Below are positions 27,255 through 40,100 of a stretch of DNA of 64,000 nt, in pieces. The DNA is taken from contig JAGIQG010000003.1 in assembly GCA_024679065.1 (NCBI GenBank), positions 88,846,001 through 88,910,000 of the forward strand, read 5' to 3'. Source of the DNA: Sphyrna mokarran (lineage: Eukaryota). The stretch's first letter is position 1; each line of letters starts with the position of its first letter. Both the position numbers and the translations under genes were made by a program. The notes beneath the pieces were generated by a model that worked only from the letters and a program-made list of their open reading frames with translations, was not told where the DNA came from and did no database searches.

Positions 27255-28280
27255 GGTTGATGGGAGATATTCATCGTGGAGTTCGGTGACGAGTGGTGTG
27301 CCTCAGGGGTCTGTTTTGGGGCCCCTGCTGTTTGTAATTTTATAAATGATCTGGATGAGGGTATTGAGGGATGGATCAGTAAATTTGCAGATGATACTAA
27401 AGTTGGTGGTGTGGTAGATAGTGAAGAGGGGTGTTTTAGTTTACAGAGTGACTTGGACAAGTTGCAGAGCTGGGCCGAGAGGTGGCAAATGGAGTTTAAT
27501 GTGGAAAAGTGTGAGGTAATGCACTTTGGCAGGAACAATAAATGTGTAGAGTATAGGGCTAATGGTAGGGCTCTTAATAGTGTTGAGGAACAGAAGGATC
27601 TTGGTGTATGTGTCAATAGATCCCTGAAAGTAGGCAGTCAAGTGGATAAAGTTGTTAAGAAGGCATATGGAGTCTTAGCTTTTATTGGTAGGGGGATTGA
27701 ATTTAGGAGCCGCAGCATCATGTTGCAACTGTACAAAACTCTAGTGCGGCCGCACTTGGAGTATTGTGTGCAGTTCTGGTCGCCACATTATAAGAAAGAT
27801 GTGGAGGCATTGGAGAGGGTACAGAGGAGGTTTACTAGGATGTTGCCTGGTATGGAGGGCAGGTCCTATGAAGAGAGGTTGAAGGATTTGAGGTTGTTTT
27901 CGTTAGAAAGGAGGCGGCTAAGAGGGGATCTTATTGAAGCATATAAGATGATTAGAGGTTTAGATAGGGTGGACAGTGATAGCCTTTTTCCTAGGATGGA
28001 GAAAGCTAGCACGAGGGGACACAGCTTTAAATTAAGGGGTATGAGTTATAGGACGGATATCAGAGGTAGGTTCTTTACTCAAAGAGTGATTAGGGAGTGG
28101 AATGCCCTGCCTGCAGCTGTTGTAGATGCGCCAAGTTTGGTGGCGTTTAAGAGGTTAGTTGATAAGTATATGGATGAGAAGGGAATGGTTTAGGTAGGAG
28201 GGGCATTGCTTTTTATTTTGGTCGGCACAACATCGAAGGCCGAAGGGCCTGTTCTGTGCTGTATTGTTCTATGTTCTATG
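27255..28280 (+). mobile_element. 5'-truncated, well preserved CR1 (HER1-like) LINE: RT C-terminus plus 3' tail
   Basis: GVPQGSVLGPLLF / INDLDEG / KFADDTK / LVRPHLEYCVQFWSP / RGHSFKL motifs, ending in a gttctatgttctatg tail. One frameshift near 27340. Confidence 0.95.
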
Positions 28281-28979
28281 ATTGGACAGTACTTCAGCAA
28301 TGGATTCAAACTCTTTTGTCACTGACGTTTGAAGGCATTTTTAGAAGCAAAGTCAAAGGTCATGTCAAACTTCAATGAATTAGCGTTTGTTTAAAAAAAT
28401 ACACAGAACAATGTGTCTTAGGCAGCTGATTGTGATGCTCTAACTAAAAACATTTGATATGCAGCAACTAAAATGCTGTGATAACTGAGTGCACAGATAG
28501 TTATTTTAGTAGCAGAGATCCGTATAATACGCCAAGTTCCTTTCACCATTCTGATATCGTATAATGCAAGTGTTAACGGCAATAGTCTGAAGCAATACAA
28601 CTGGGGACATTACAGCTTGTACCAAGCTTTATCTTCCTCTCGAAGTGATAATGGACATTGAAATATAAAAATTGCAGTCTTACTTTTGTATCAGAGATCA
28701 GCAGAATGAATAGAATAAATTTTATAATCAACAAATGTGTTGCTTTTATCTGTCCAAATAGAAAGTACTTAGGTGAGAATGCAGTTGAAAACAGCTTTCC
28801 AGCTGAAAGTTGAAAATTACCCTTCGTTGTGATACAGTCGGCAGCAAATAGGTCACCATTAGAAAAAAGCTTTTTGTTTTAAAATGAGATTCTACTTTGT
28901 CTTTCGCATGTCACTCTTCAACATCTGCTCCCAGCAACTAACTTAGGTTCATTTTTTAGTCTAACAGGGATGATACAGC

Positions 28980-29325
28980 ATGGAGGGAGGTTGGGAATGG
29001 GCAGACGCAAGAGAGGGAAGAGGAAGACTGCAAGATAAAAAGGACCAGAGAGAGAGAGAGAGAGAAAGAAAGAGGGAAAAAAAAGAGCACGGGGAAAGGT
29101 CCAGAGAGATGGTAGGGGAAGAGCGAGGCCACAAGACAGACAGGGAGGACCATAAAAAGAGGGGAAAAAAAGAGAGGGTGAGAGGTGCAAGACAAAGAGT
29201 GGGGAAGAAGGACACCACAAGGTAAAGAGAGAGGATCACAGACAGAGAAGGGAAAGTGAAATAGAGAGAAGGAGAAGTGCAACAGAGGAAGGGGAGGAGG
29301 AGAAGGAGCAGAGAGATGGAAGGGT
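28980..29325. repeat. GA-rich polypurine low-complexity tract
   Basis: About 350 bp dominated by A/G on the + strand, including (AG)n. It explains the overlapping Leu/Ser/Phe-rich and Arg/Glu-rich ORFs. Confidence 0.9.
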
Positions 29326-29966
29326 ATTGGATGCATGCTAGAGATAAATAATAGAACAAGAGTGTGTGTTTTGCCAAGGCATACCAAATGAGTCTGGAGA
29401 AACATGATGAAATTTACATGGAGGCATCCTTGAATCTATTCTGACACAAAACCTAAAAATGAACCAGTCTATCAGACATTCAGTGCTGGAAATGGGCATA
29501 CGTGCATTCTTCATTTCAACTATTTATTCTCCCATCTATGAAACGTACAGATCCCTGTCAGGATATTATTTCACTGTGCTGCAATCCATCAGGAGCTAGG
29601 TGTCCCAGTGCGAGTCTCGATAGTGAGTGCTGACAAGTTGTTGGATAAAATTGCTGCTATGGTCAGTCTTGTCTCAACTTGGTTTTTGTCCTTCTCGCAG
29701 ACAATCACCAAATACTCAGAGAAAACCAGGATTTGCCATCCTATCCTGAAGGCCACACCGCTATTTTTTGCCAAGGTCTCAGAATGAACCTTGACCTTGC
29801 CTGAAGGTCCCAACAAAACTGCATTTGCGCTTTAGGGCAAAGCATCATGGTGTGAAGAGGGAAATCAACTTGAGTCATCAGGACCACATCAGTGAAAGAG
29901 GTAAATGCAACCCCCTCTGTTAACACAGAATCAACAACCGAAACAGATTGCATGAAGTGCTCTTAC

Positions 29967-30092
29967 CCCTGGAGTAAGGAAGAGGTTGATATGCTTGTGA
30001 AGGAGGGCTTGGTTCTGAGGATTGCCAGCACAGAAATTTTGCAGAAACTTGTGTGCCAGTTTCATAATCTCTTGCATTCGGATATCTTCAGC
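29967..30092 (-). CDS. ITPR1: ITPR1 exon 15
   Basis: cttcag|GCT...GGG|gtaaga, 126 nt. [42 protein letters not shown]. Confidence 0.97.
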
Positions 30093-30419
30093 CTGAAGAG
30101 AACATAGGAAAATTGGTTACTCAATTTCCGATTAGAAATAAACAGTATAGCTGCACTCTGTCATGGACCATTCAATGGTTGACATTGTACAAAACAGGCA
30201 TTAGCAAATCAATAAATCATTGTGTTAATTGGCTAAGCAGGCTGAAGGGGCTGAATGGCTTATTCCTGCTCTTAGTTCTTCTGTTCTGACAGCCTCTCTC
30301 ACATTTCTCAACCTTTTATTTCAAAAGAATCATAGAAAATAAACTATTTTGCCTACTCTCCATTTGCTGGCTCTACAGTAAATTTATTGAAGTAAACTTA
30401 TTGATTTAGTTTTCATCCA

Positions 30420-32750
30420 TGGGCCATTATCCTAGACAAGGTAGTGGTGAGCCACCTTCTCTAAAGGCTGTAGTCCATGTGGTAAAGATACAGCCACAAT
30501 GCCAAGACAGAATTTTAGCATTTGACCCAGTGGCAATGAAGGAAGGGCTTAAAAAAAATTCCAGGCAGTGATATTTCGATGCACCTGCTGCCCTTGTTCT
30601 TTTAAGATTTAGATAATGTCAAAGGCATGTTAGTGAGTTGCTGCAATACATTTCGTCAAATGTACATCCTGCAGCCATGACGCTGGGATGCCAAACAGGT
30701 TATTTTGTCCTGGATGGTGTTGAATCTCAAGTGTTGCTGGCAGTTGCACGACACACTGGCCCTGGCAAGAGAAAACAGTGTTTGTGTGGCTGGTCTGGTT
30801 CAGTTTCTGATTAAGGTGACCTCGAGGATGTTGACGGTGCAGGCTTCAGCAATGTCAATGTCTTTGAATGTTAAGGGGAGGTGGTTAAACTCTATCGTTT
30901 GAAGACAATTAGTGGCAGGCATTTGTGTGGTGCAAGTGTTATCAGCACAAATCTGAATGCTGTCCAGTTCTTGCTGAGTGTGGATATATACTGTTTTAAC
31001 ATGACTTGTAAATTGGACTGGATATTGTGCAAATGAAACTGAACATTGCAACACCCTCACTTCTGACCTTATAACAGAAGGAAAGGACACTATACTGAGG
31101 AACTCCTACAACGATGCCCCAAGACTGAGATGATTAGTTCTAGCAATAGAAGATGATTGCGTTTGCTCAAAGTATGACTCTGAACAACGGACAGAACGTC
31201 CCCACCTTCCAATTCCCCTTGATTTGAATTTGGTTAAGACTCATTGATGCTGCATTAGGTCAAATGCTGCCCTGACATCAAAGACAGTTTCTCTTTTCTC
31301 ACGCCTGGAATTCCAGGATCAGTCAAAAACAGATCTCATTACAATTCAGCTATTTTGCCCATGTTTAAAGCAAGGCTGTAATGAAATCTGGAGTCAACTG
31401 ATCCTGATGGAATCTTAACTAGGCATCAGAGTGGTTTTGCTGAGCAAGTGCTGCTTGATATCACTGCTGATAATCTATTCCATTCATTTTATTGATGATC
31501 GAGAGGAAATTGATGGGGAGATAATTGGTTAGGTTGTGGGCAGGATGCTCCAGGACAATTTTTCCCACATTGCTAGGAAGATGTCAGTGTTGTTGTTGTA
31601 TTGGTACAGCTCAGCTATGGGCACAACTAATTCTGGAGCACACATCTTCACTACTATTGCCACAATGTCATCAGGGCCCATAACCTTTAACTGTTCCTTG
31701 ATATGGTGTGGAGTGAATCCAATTGGCTGAACTGTGGCATCTGTAACATCTATGACCTGAGGAGGTCAAGACGGATCATTCCCTTGGCCTTTCTGGCAGA
31801 AAGTGCTTGCAAATCCTTTAATCCTGCCTTTTGCACAGATGTACTGGGCTTCCCCCATTATTGAGGATGGGATATTTGTGGAGCCTCCTCGTCCAATCAG
31901 TTGCTTAACTGTCCACTGCCATTCACAGCCTGATGATCCAGTGATTGTGGGGTTACTTAGCTCTGACTATGGCATGCCGCTTCTGCAGTTTGACCTATGT
32001 CCTGTATTGCAGCTTCACCAGGTTGACACTTCATTTTTAGCTATGACTAATTCTGCTCACGTACTGCTCCTTTACATACTTCTGGATGGTAGAGCAAAGG
32101 ATATGGCAGGTCATGAGAGTGATAGATTGTCATCAATTGCAATTCTGTTGCTACTGATGCAAACAGCATCATATGGCCGAATAGTTTGGCTTGTAAATGT
32201 TGCAGCACTCAGCCAGCTTAGTCAGTAGTGTCATTCTTGGCAATGGTTATTGAAGACCCCACCCACAGTACACTCTGTGCCGTTCTATCCTCACTGCTGC
32301 TTCCCACTGCTGTCTCAGAAAGGAGCAGCACTCACTCGTGAAGGGCCGTAGGTGGTAATCAGCAAGTGGTTTCCTGCTTCACATATGGCCTGATGCCACA
32401 AGACCTCATGAGGTTCACAATCAGTGTTGAAGACTCCCAGTACCACCTACTCCCAATCACACACTACTGTGTGCGCTATAGGCTATAACTGGTGATCTTG
32501 GAACTATGACTACGAAAGGTGGGTGCTTTATTAGTCACTGGGACAACTCTCCCAGTTTTGATTTAAACCCACAGATGTTAGTGAGAAGGCGAGGATGACA
32601 GGGCTGAATTTGCCTTTGTTGTTTCTGGCATCAAGGGTGACTCTGGATGATCCATCTGCTTTTACTCTTGCTGTATTTCTGCAGAGCAGTTTGATACAAC
32701 CGAGTAATTCTCTCTGAACTATTTCTGAGAGCAGTTAAGAGTCAACTTCA
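30420..32750 (-). mobile_element. Long, heavily decayed CR1/L2-group LINE (ancient shark family)
   Basis: Reverse complement gives IKQHLLS..., NYLPINFLSIINK RT remnants. The 3' end matches copies at 24870 and 45900. Confidence 0.7.
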
Positions 32751-33498
32751 ATGTTTCCCTGCTCTTTCCCTGGCCCTGCATCTTTTTTTTTTTTTAAAAC
32801 CTTTGCAATATTTCTCTAACTTTCTTTTGGCAGTTGTGATTGAATCAGCTTCCACCACATCTGCAGACAGCAAATTCCAGATTACAACAACTCACTGTGT
32901 TAAATGATGTTTCCCAATGTAGCTTCTGGCTCTTTGACCATTTTGAAAACAAATCAATAGGAGAGATATAAAATGGACTGCTGACTCACTATCAACCACG
33001 CAAAGTTAAGATTTACCCCAGAATATGCATTTATTTTGTAATGAAAAGCCACGCACAGAATGTGTGCGACAATTATTTAAAAACTGATTCCAAGGATATA
33101 TCACATCCAATACAGGGACGGTTATTAATTTGGCACAACACTACTCCTGCTGCTCCACAGGACAATTTTATTACTGTACTCTGCTTAAAGGAGCCACAGA
33201 GCAAAAGGTGGCCATATTGCTTTGCAATTAAACCACTCAATGAAGGATTGCATTTATCAGAGTGTATGTCCACCATGATGCACAGGGTCAGGGATCCAAC
33301 GTGGAGACAACTTATGATGGCCACTTTAAAGATTTTAGTGATTAAAGTTTATTGCCCAGAATAGTGGTTAGAAGTGAAATTAAATCTGAAATTAATAATA
33401 AATGGAAGCTAACTTCTTTAACTTGAATTTCTTTCCTTCAAACATTTTTTCATATCCTGCAGCATGATCCTAGCATAGCACTTTGGACCGGGCAGTAC

Positions 33499-33636
33499 CT
33501 TTTCATAAGGAATCTGCAGAAGGTCAAGGACCACTGTGTGGGCTCCCATGTTCCTCAGTAATCTCTGCTGCTGCTTGCGGCTTTTCCTCACCGATGAGCC
33601 TTCTTGCACGCACAGCTTGCTGAGACGGATCAAGAC
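33499..33636 (-). CDS. ITPR1: ITPR1 exon 14
   Basis: ttgcag|GTC...AAG|gtactg, 138 nt. [46 protein letters not shown]. Confidence 0.97.
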
Positions 33637-33859
33637 CTGCAAAAGGCAAAATGTGAATGACGCTTTTCGTACAAATAACTGTGCAACCCAGACAATGTAA
33701 CTCTACACTCTTCACCCTCCCTTTTCCTTCTCCCCTCTATGCTCTGTGCTTTGCACGTATAGTGTACAAGAAACAGTACTTTTCACTCTATCCCAATAGA
33801 TGTGATAATAATAAATCAAATATAATCACTGTACATGCATTAGAAGGCAGTGGCCTCAC

Positions 33860-33949
33860 CTCCTTTATGACACGATAGTTCTTGCTGCTAGTGCTTTCAA
33901 TTGTGGGCACCACATCAGAACTGGCAATTTGACCTTTCGCAAAATCACC
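33860..33949 (-). CDS. ITPR1: ITPR1 exon 13
   Basis: acacag|GGT...GAG|gtgagg, 90 nt. GDFAKGQIASSDVVPTIESTSSKNYRVIKE (ESTSSxNYRV motif). Confidence 0.92.
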
Positions 33950-34036
33950 CTGTGTGGGAAAACACAGATATTTATTCATCTGCACAATACAATATTTCTT
34001 CCTTAAATAATACCATCACAGTTCTTAAAAACTGTA

Positions 34037-34332
34037 TCATAGAATCCTACAGATCAGGAGGAGGCCATTTGGCCCATTGAGTTCACACCAACTACAATCC
34101 CATCCGGGCCCTATCTTCATAACCCCATGCATTTATCTTAGCTAGCCCTCCCCCCCGATTCTAAGGGGCAATTTAGCATGGTGGATCCATCAAACCTGCA
34201 CATCTTTAGACTGAGGGGAAACTGAAACACCTGAAGGAAACCCATGCAGACATGGGGAAAATGTGCAAATTCCACACAGACAGTGACCTATGCCAGGAAT
34301 TGAACCTGGGTCAGCTAGGCAGCATGCCACCC
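34037..34332 (-). mobile_element. HE1/V-SINE
   Basis: tcatagaatcctacag...ggaaacccatgcagacatgggg...ggaattgaacctggg is the reverse complement of the same SINE. Confidence 0.9.
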
Positions 34333-34844
34333 ATATATTTATATGAAATATGTTAACAAGAGGTTTTAAATACAAACAAACGTCAACCGACTTTATTCGG
34401 CCTCTAACGGAATTATACTGCCTTCTCCCACCAATTCAAACACATCACTGTTAGATATGTGAATTGAGGTCTGACAGTCATTTTCATCATCTTAGCAATT
34501 AAAGTTTAACACCCAGGATGGTGGTTTAAACTATGATTAAATCTAATGTGAACGGATAGAACTGAGTGATCTTCTTGAACTCCAATTTATTTTTCTTCCA
34601 AGTACTTCCCTGTACTCTTAATATCTCAAGGTTATTAATGGTACAGAAAGGATGGTTCTATTAGGAGCCTTGAACAGTTCAAGATGTAGCAGTGCCCTTT
34701 GTGAGTTCATTGTCCTCTTCTAACTTCATCCTATGTATAGATTCTCCACTGCATATGTACAAATCTCATTTTCCAGCTTTTCCAATGAGCTGAAGGAAAA
34801 AAATCCCTAAATACAATGAATCCATTAGTGCTTCATTTTAGAAG

Positions 34845-35127
34845 CATTGAATCCATACAGTGCAGAGAGGGGTGCCATTTGGCCCTTTAAGTCTGCACTT
34901 ACTCTCTGAAAAAGCAGCCCAACCAGGCCTTCCCCTCCACATTAACCCTAAAGCTCCATACATTTGCCATAGCCAATCCACTTAACTGCCACATCTTTGG
35001 ACTGTGGAAGGAAACTAGAGCACACGCAGATGGGGAGAACATATAAACTCCACAGACAGTCACCCAAGTCTGGAATCAAACCTGGGTCCCTGGCACTGTG
35101 AGGCAGCAGTGCTATCCACTGTGCCAT
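34845..35127 (-). mobile_element. HE1/V-SINE
   Basis: Reverse-complement copy ending gtgctatccactgtgcca. Confidence 0.9.
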
Positions 35128-35219
35128 CTTTAAATTGTGGTCTGCCAATTATGCGCGCCTGGGGCTTGACAAATTATGCAATTTTTGTTGCATCACCTAT
35201 CTAGGGGAATACATCATAC

Positions 35220-35402
35220 CTCTTTCTTCTTCTTCAACTCACTGCTGCCAGTTGAATTCTCCCCACCTTCCATTGACTCATCATGGGCATGTCCTTTGTA
35301 AACCCACAGCTCCGACTTCTCCACCAGCAACCTCAGCTGGTCCAGGTCAGCTTTGATTTGTTTATAGTTTTCCACGTCCTGGCTTGTAACAAGCAGCTGG
35401 AC
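35220..35402 (-). CDS. ITPR1: ITPR1 exon 12
   Basis: ccacag|GTC...GAG|gtatga, 183 nt. [61 protein letters not shown]. Confidence 0.96.
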
Positions 35403-36809
35403 CTGTGGAACATTACAAGCGATCCGGCAATTAAATTCAAAAAGCTCTGGTGAAACAGGCATTAGTCTTGCAGTGCCTTGTTCATTTTACAGGTCCTGTA
35501 GTCCAGATATTTCATTAAATAATTATACTGCTGCCCTTTCACCGAAAATTGTGAAATCTGGAAAAAGATCAAAAGCAGGTGGTTCCGATTGCCCTACAGA
35601 GCAACATGAGGAATTCCTTCCTGTAAAAGAATATTTGACAGCATCTGACAGAAATGGTAGGGGAAAAGAGAAGGATAGAGTTATTTGGGATTCTACTATG
35701 GTTTGCTTGATTAAGTTTTATTTTCTTCAAGCATCCAGCCACTTTCTGGTTTGAATCATTTTGATCAAATGACACAACTTTTGGTGGTGGCAGGAACTAA
35801 CACAACCTGCAGCATTGTGCTTGGGGAGTGGAAAAAAATAAACTAAATGTAAAAATACTAGTGAGTCACGAGTTATAAATACTGGGAACAAGATCACAGG
35901 TCGAAATTTTACTGTGCCACCCACCAGGGAATCTGAATGGGCGAGGGGGGCAGCGTGGGAAGGTCCACTGACCTTGGGCCAGATTCTACAGTCTCGCTCA
36001 TCCCAAAAATGTAAAATGATTTTACAGTTTTGTGATGAGTGAGGCTGTAAAGTCCCACCCATAGTTTCTTTAATGACAGGATGAAAGGGGCTGTCACAAT
36101 TTCTGTTTTAGTTCATCTTGGGGGTAAAAATCACTGTGCCCAAAGTAACATTGTATTTTTGTGACAAAAATGAATTAATAGATAATTTATTCTATTAGAC
36201 TTTGAATTAGTTGGTAGGATCAAGAGTGGAGCAGTCACAGAGGTTTGGCCAAATCAGATTAAAAATATTACTGTTATGATAGGAGTGATTCTCTGGAGGT
36301 TAAATTCAGTAGTAAAGCTTAAAAATGCAAATTAGGATTCAAACAGATAGTGTGACAAGGGTAGTGAAAGCAGAGATGACAAATATTTGAAGAAAATAAA
36401 TTTGCAAAGTTACAGGGAGAGAGTGAAGGAGTCAGGCTGTCCAGATTGCTTTACCGAGAGTCAGCATGAATTGGATGGCAAATTAGCCTTCTAAAACCTG
36501 GTTGCTACTCTAAGAGGAAAGGTAACCTGACAATTACAATGCAGGTTTACATCTGTTGAATTGATGATGTTTCAATTCCAAGAAGCTCAAATACAAGTTC
36601 TCAGCTGAGAATAGATTCTTGTGATAAGGATAGTCAAATAGATTAACAGCCAATGAGAAAATCCCCGAAAGGAGGAAGGAACTGGAAATCCCAAAGTCAC
36701 TGTTAATCTCCCGTTGTTTTTACAAACTTGCCAGGTATGTACTTTAACTTCCTAATAAAATCATCATAGGAAGTTAGGCCTTGTGATTAAGAGCACTGAT
36801 ACCTTTTAA

Positions 36810-37112
36810 AATCATGGAATCCCTACAGTAGTGAAGGAGGCCATTCGGCCCATCAAGTCTGCAATGATGCTTTGATAGAGCATCCCACTCAGGCTGTATC
36901 CCATAAGTCCTCACGTGTGAGATTAATTCCTCCTTATCCACGCATCCTGGGACAATAAGCATGGCCAACCTAACCCGTACATCTTTGGATAGTGGGAAGA
37001 ACTAGAGCACCCAGAAGAAGCCTCACGGGAACACAGGGAGAATGTGCAAACTGCACACCGTGACCCAAGGCCACGAATTGAACCCAGGTCCCTGGTGTTG
37101 TGAGGCAGCGTA
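36810..37112 (-). mobile_element. HE1/V-SINE
   Basis: atcatggaatccctacagt...gaattgaacccaggtccctggtgttgtgaggcagc. Confidence 0.88.
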
Positions 37113-40100
37113 GCTATAATAGTTGTTATTATGATGCCAACCATCTCTGCAACCAGAAACTTGGAACATTTACAATTTAGAGCATTTACTCCTATTCCTG
37201 CAGTTAGCAAACTGTTAAAAGAGATTTTAAAAACATGAACATTTTAATTTAACATTTTTAACCTAATTTTGCTTATCTCCTAACTCAATCTTTCTAACTC
37301 TACTTTTCTTTCTAAATCTGACTGGGCTTGAATTCACGATCTTTCTTCCTCATTCTATGGTTTCTTTCTCAAACCTTAAATCTCATTGGTTGGGGGAGAT
37401 GAAATGCTGCTTATTTACTAAGCTCTGGGTTTTCGTCACATCATTATCAGTTCACACTTCCAGCAAATCATGAAGCAAAAGAAATAAATAAATTGCACTA
37501 AAATGTTGAACGAACATGCCATGTTGCAAGTCATCCCGCCCCAGCAAAGCTGGTTTAAATTACATAAGGGTCCTCCTAGGGGCCAAACTGGAAATCAGGC
37601 ATGGGTACACAACGTCTAAATGCAAGACATTCAGATCACTTACTGGGTTAAGCAACATTGCTTTCCACAAGGGAATGTTCAGAGCAAGCTTGAAGCCCTG
37701 TTACAAGTACAGCTTCAAAGTGACTTCCCTGGTAACATATGCCACTTTGCAGCCAGAGCAATGTGATATTCTTGAAAAAGTGAAACGGATTTCAGCAATT
37801 TAAGACAAGAATCTGTTTGTCAAAATAGACAAATTCTTTATTTTCAGTGTTATCAGCATCAAGCACTCCCAAAGTTAGCTATACCACACACATATTAATC
37901 TGCTATTATTGTGATTGAAGAATTTCTTCATGCTGCCCGTCTATCATTAGCCATTGCCCTTAAGGGGGTATAGGCCTTTCTTTCTCCGAGGGAAACAGCT
38001 ATTTGTACTTTGACGGGTATAATTCTGCATTAAGCTTGGCTGACCTGCTCTTTCAGTCTGCCATGAGTGAGCTGGAAACATTAACAGGATGATTATTAAC
38101 TTGCTTTGGCCACATCACAAACATTCCATAGCCAACGAATCCTGCGGCGGGACTTGAATCCTGGGTTTCTAGCTCAGAAGCAAGGGCGTTCCCCACTGAG
38201 CCACAAGAGCCCACCATTTACACTGCAACTGCATTTATAAACAGCAACATTACAGTTTCATTGTATGTGGCAGGGCTGGGTTTTACATTCTGTGTCATAA
38301 AAGTTTCTCAGTGTATTGAGAGTCTTTCAGTTCCCGGCCAGCACATTCTGTGGCTTTAGAGGGAATCTAAATCAGGGACTTGATGCACTGATCTTGCATC
38401 CACAGTAACTGGGTTCCAATTGCCTGAGCTCATTTCACCTTAAAACCATGCACAGAATGAGATGACTTTCACTGGTAGTCTGAGCGATATCCAAGCACAG
38501 GTCCTAAATTGGCAGGCAGTCTCTTGCAAGTTCATCTCCTTGCTCTGCCTTCAGACAAAAATGACAAGTAGAAAAACATTCCCTACCCCTCTGCTCCCCC
38601 CCCCGCCCCCAATGACGGTTGGGAGTTCCATGAACAGAACATTCTTAACGCCCCCGATCTTTCCACCCTGCCCAGCTATGCAATTCCCATCAAAAAACAT
38701 TTAGTCAACAATGACAATACCATCAAAAGCTCACCTCCCCCGCCTCAGTTAATCAAAACCAGCCCCAAAGCTGACAGAAGCAGCTTTTTATCTCACTATC
38801 CTTCTTTGCAATTACTTTCTGCCCATGAATAATCGATATTGCCCAAGTTCACTCCCCAGTGTCCTCCCAAACTTCCATCAGCCCATCCTGCGATTGCAAT
38901 CTGCACCAACTTATTCTTATCGATTTGCTTTACCAGTGTTTAGTATCCCAGCAAGTCTTGCAAGGTGTTGCAGCCTCATAGTTCTCCTAGACAACACCAG
39001 AGTGTGCATGGATGCTCTCCTCTGCACATTCCCCAAAACTTCAGCAGGTTCATCTCCTGCCAGTCTCAGACTACAGTAGCAGGATGCTTATGGTGGGGTA
39101 AGGCCTCGACATCAGTCAAAACACCCACTTAACCTCGCAGCCTGTGACATGGTGAGCAAGGGCCACCATTCAATGAGGCTGACTATAAAGAAAGTCTTTG
39201 ATGGATCAGATCAGTTGATGACTATGAAGATGGAGAAAAGGTCTCAGGAGCAAATGGTCTTTAATTATACAGGCTCACCTGATCATTATAATCAATGTTC
39301 TGTCAAGAACTGTAAGGTCTGTGATGGACGTCCCACCCTAAGTGACACAAGCCCTTCTATGCATGGCTCTATTCAAAACCAAACTGACTTAAAATCAAAA
39401 AACCTTAATAAGACACTCAAAAAATTTTAATTGATTGCTAAAGCTGAAAACATTCAACTAATTCAAAGTACCTGGATCGGCATCTGAAATGCTACAATCT
39501 GTAAACTACAGACCAGGTGTTGGAAAGTGGAATTTCATCTTTTCGTTGGCCAACATAGATCAATAAGCTGAATGTCCCCTATCTGCACCATGATAATCAA
39601 AAAGTTGAGCTGTCTGCAAAACTTTATTCACACAAAACTGGATTAGAAGCACAAGATCTCTAAAGTTCCTGCAGCAAATCGGACAATCCAACACAAATAC
39701 TAGACAAACTTATTTTTTCTTCATTTTTAAATACTCATCATTTACAAAGGTTATTAATCTCTCTTGCGTCACTCAATAAAGAGAGGCCAAGAAGTCAACA
39801 GGCCAGGATTTGCCTGCAGTTGTTTAAACATGAAGCATAATTTAAAACAACTAAGAATAATGAGTAGTCTCTCCATTTGCACATGTAACTTGGCTAACGC
39901 AAAGAGGAATGTTCATAGCAAGTCTGGTAATTAAAACATTCGAAGTTGCTCATGGATAGAAATGTGGAACTTTTACAACAATCTTCAGTATTTATTGTTC
40001 TAAGTATGTGGATGACTGGAAGGCCTTGGACATGGAAAAATAAGGTCCATTATAATGGATCTTTCAAAAGTAATGCTTGTTTGTTAATCAAGGACACTGG

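Noticed and set aside
27276-28193. 305-aa ORF as a nested host gene or novel reverse transcriptase system
   Set aside because: It is an ordinary 5'-truncated CR1 ORF2 with its tail. The N-terminus of the listed ORF is out of frame and the endonuclease and most of the RT are missing.
28918-29405. Overlapping 81-149-aa ORFs
   Set aside because: Artefacts of the GA-rich low-complexity tract, which lacks stops.
35895-36070. Possible MITE/DNA-transposon remnant (also about 63375-63500)
   Set aside because: Looks repeat-derived, but I could not define terminal inverted repeats or a TSD confidently.
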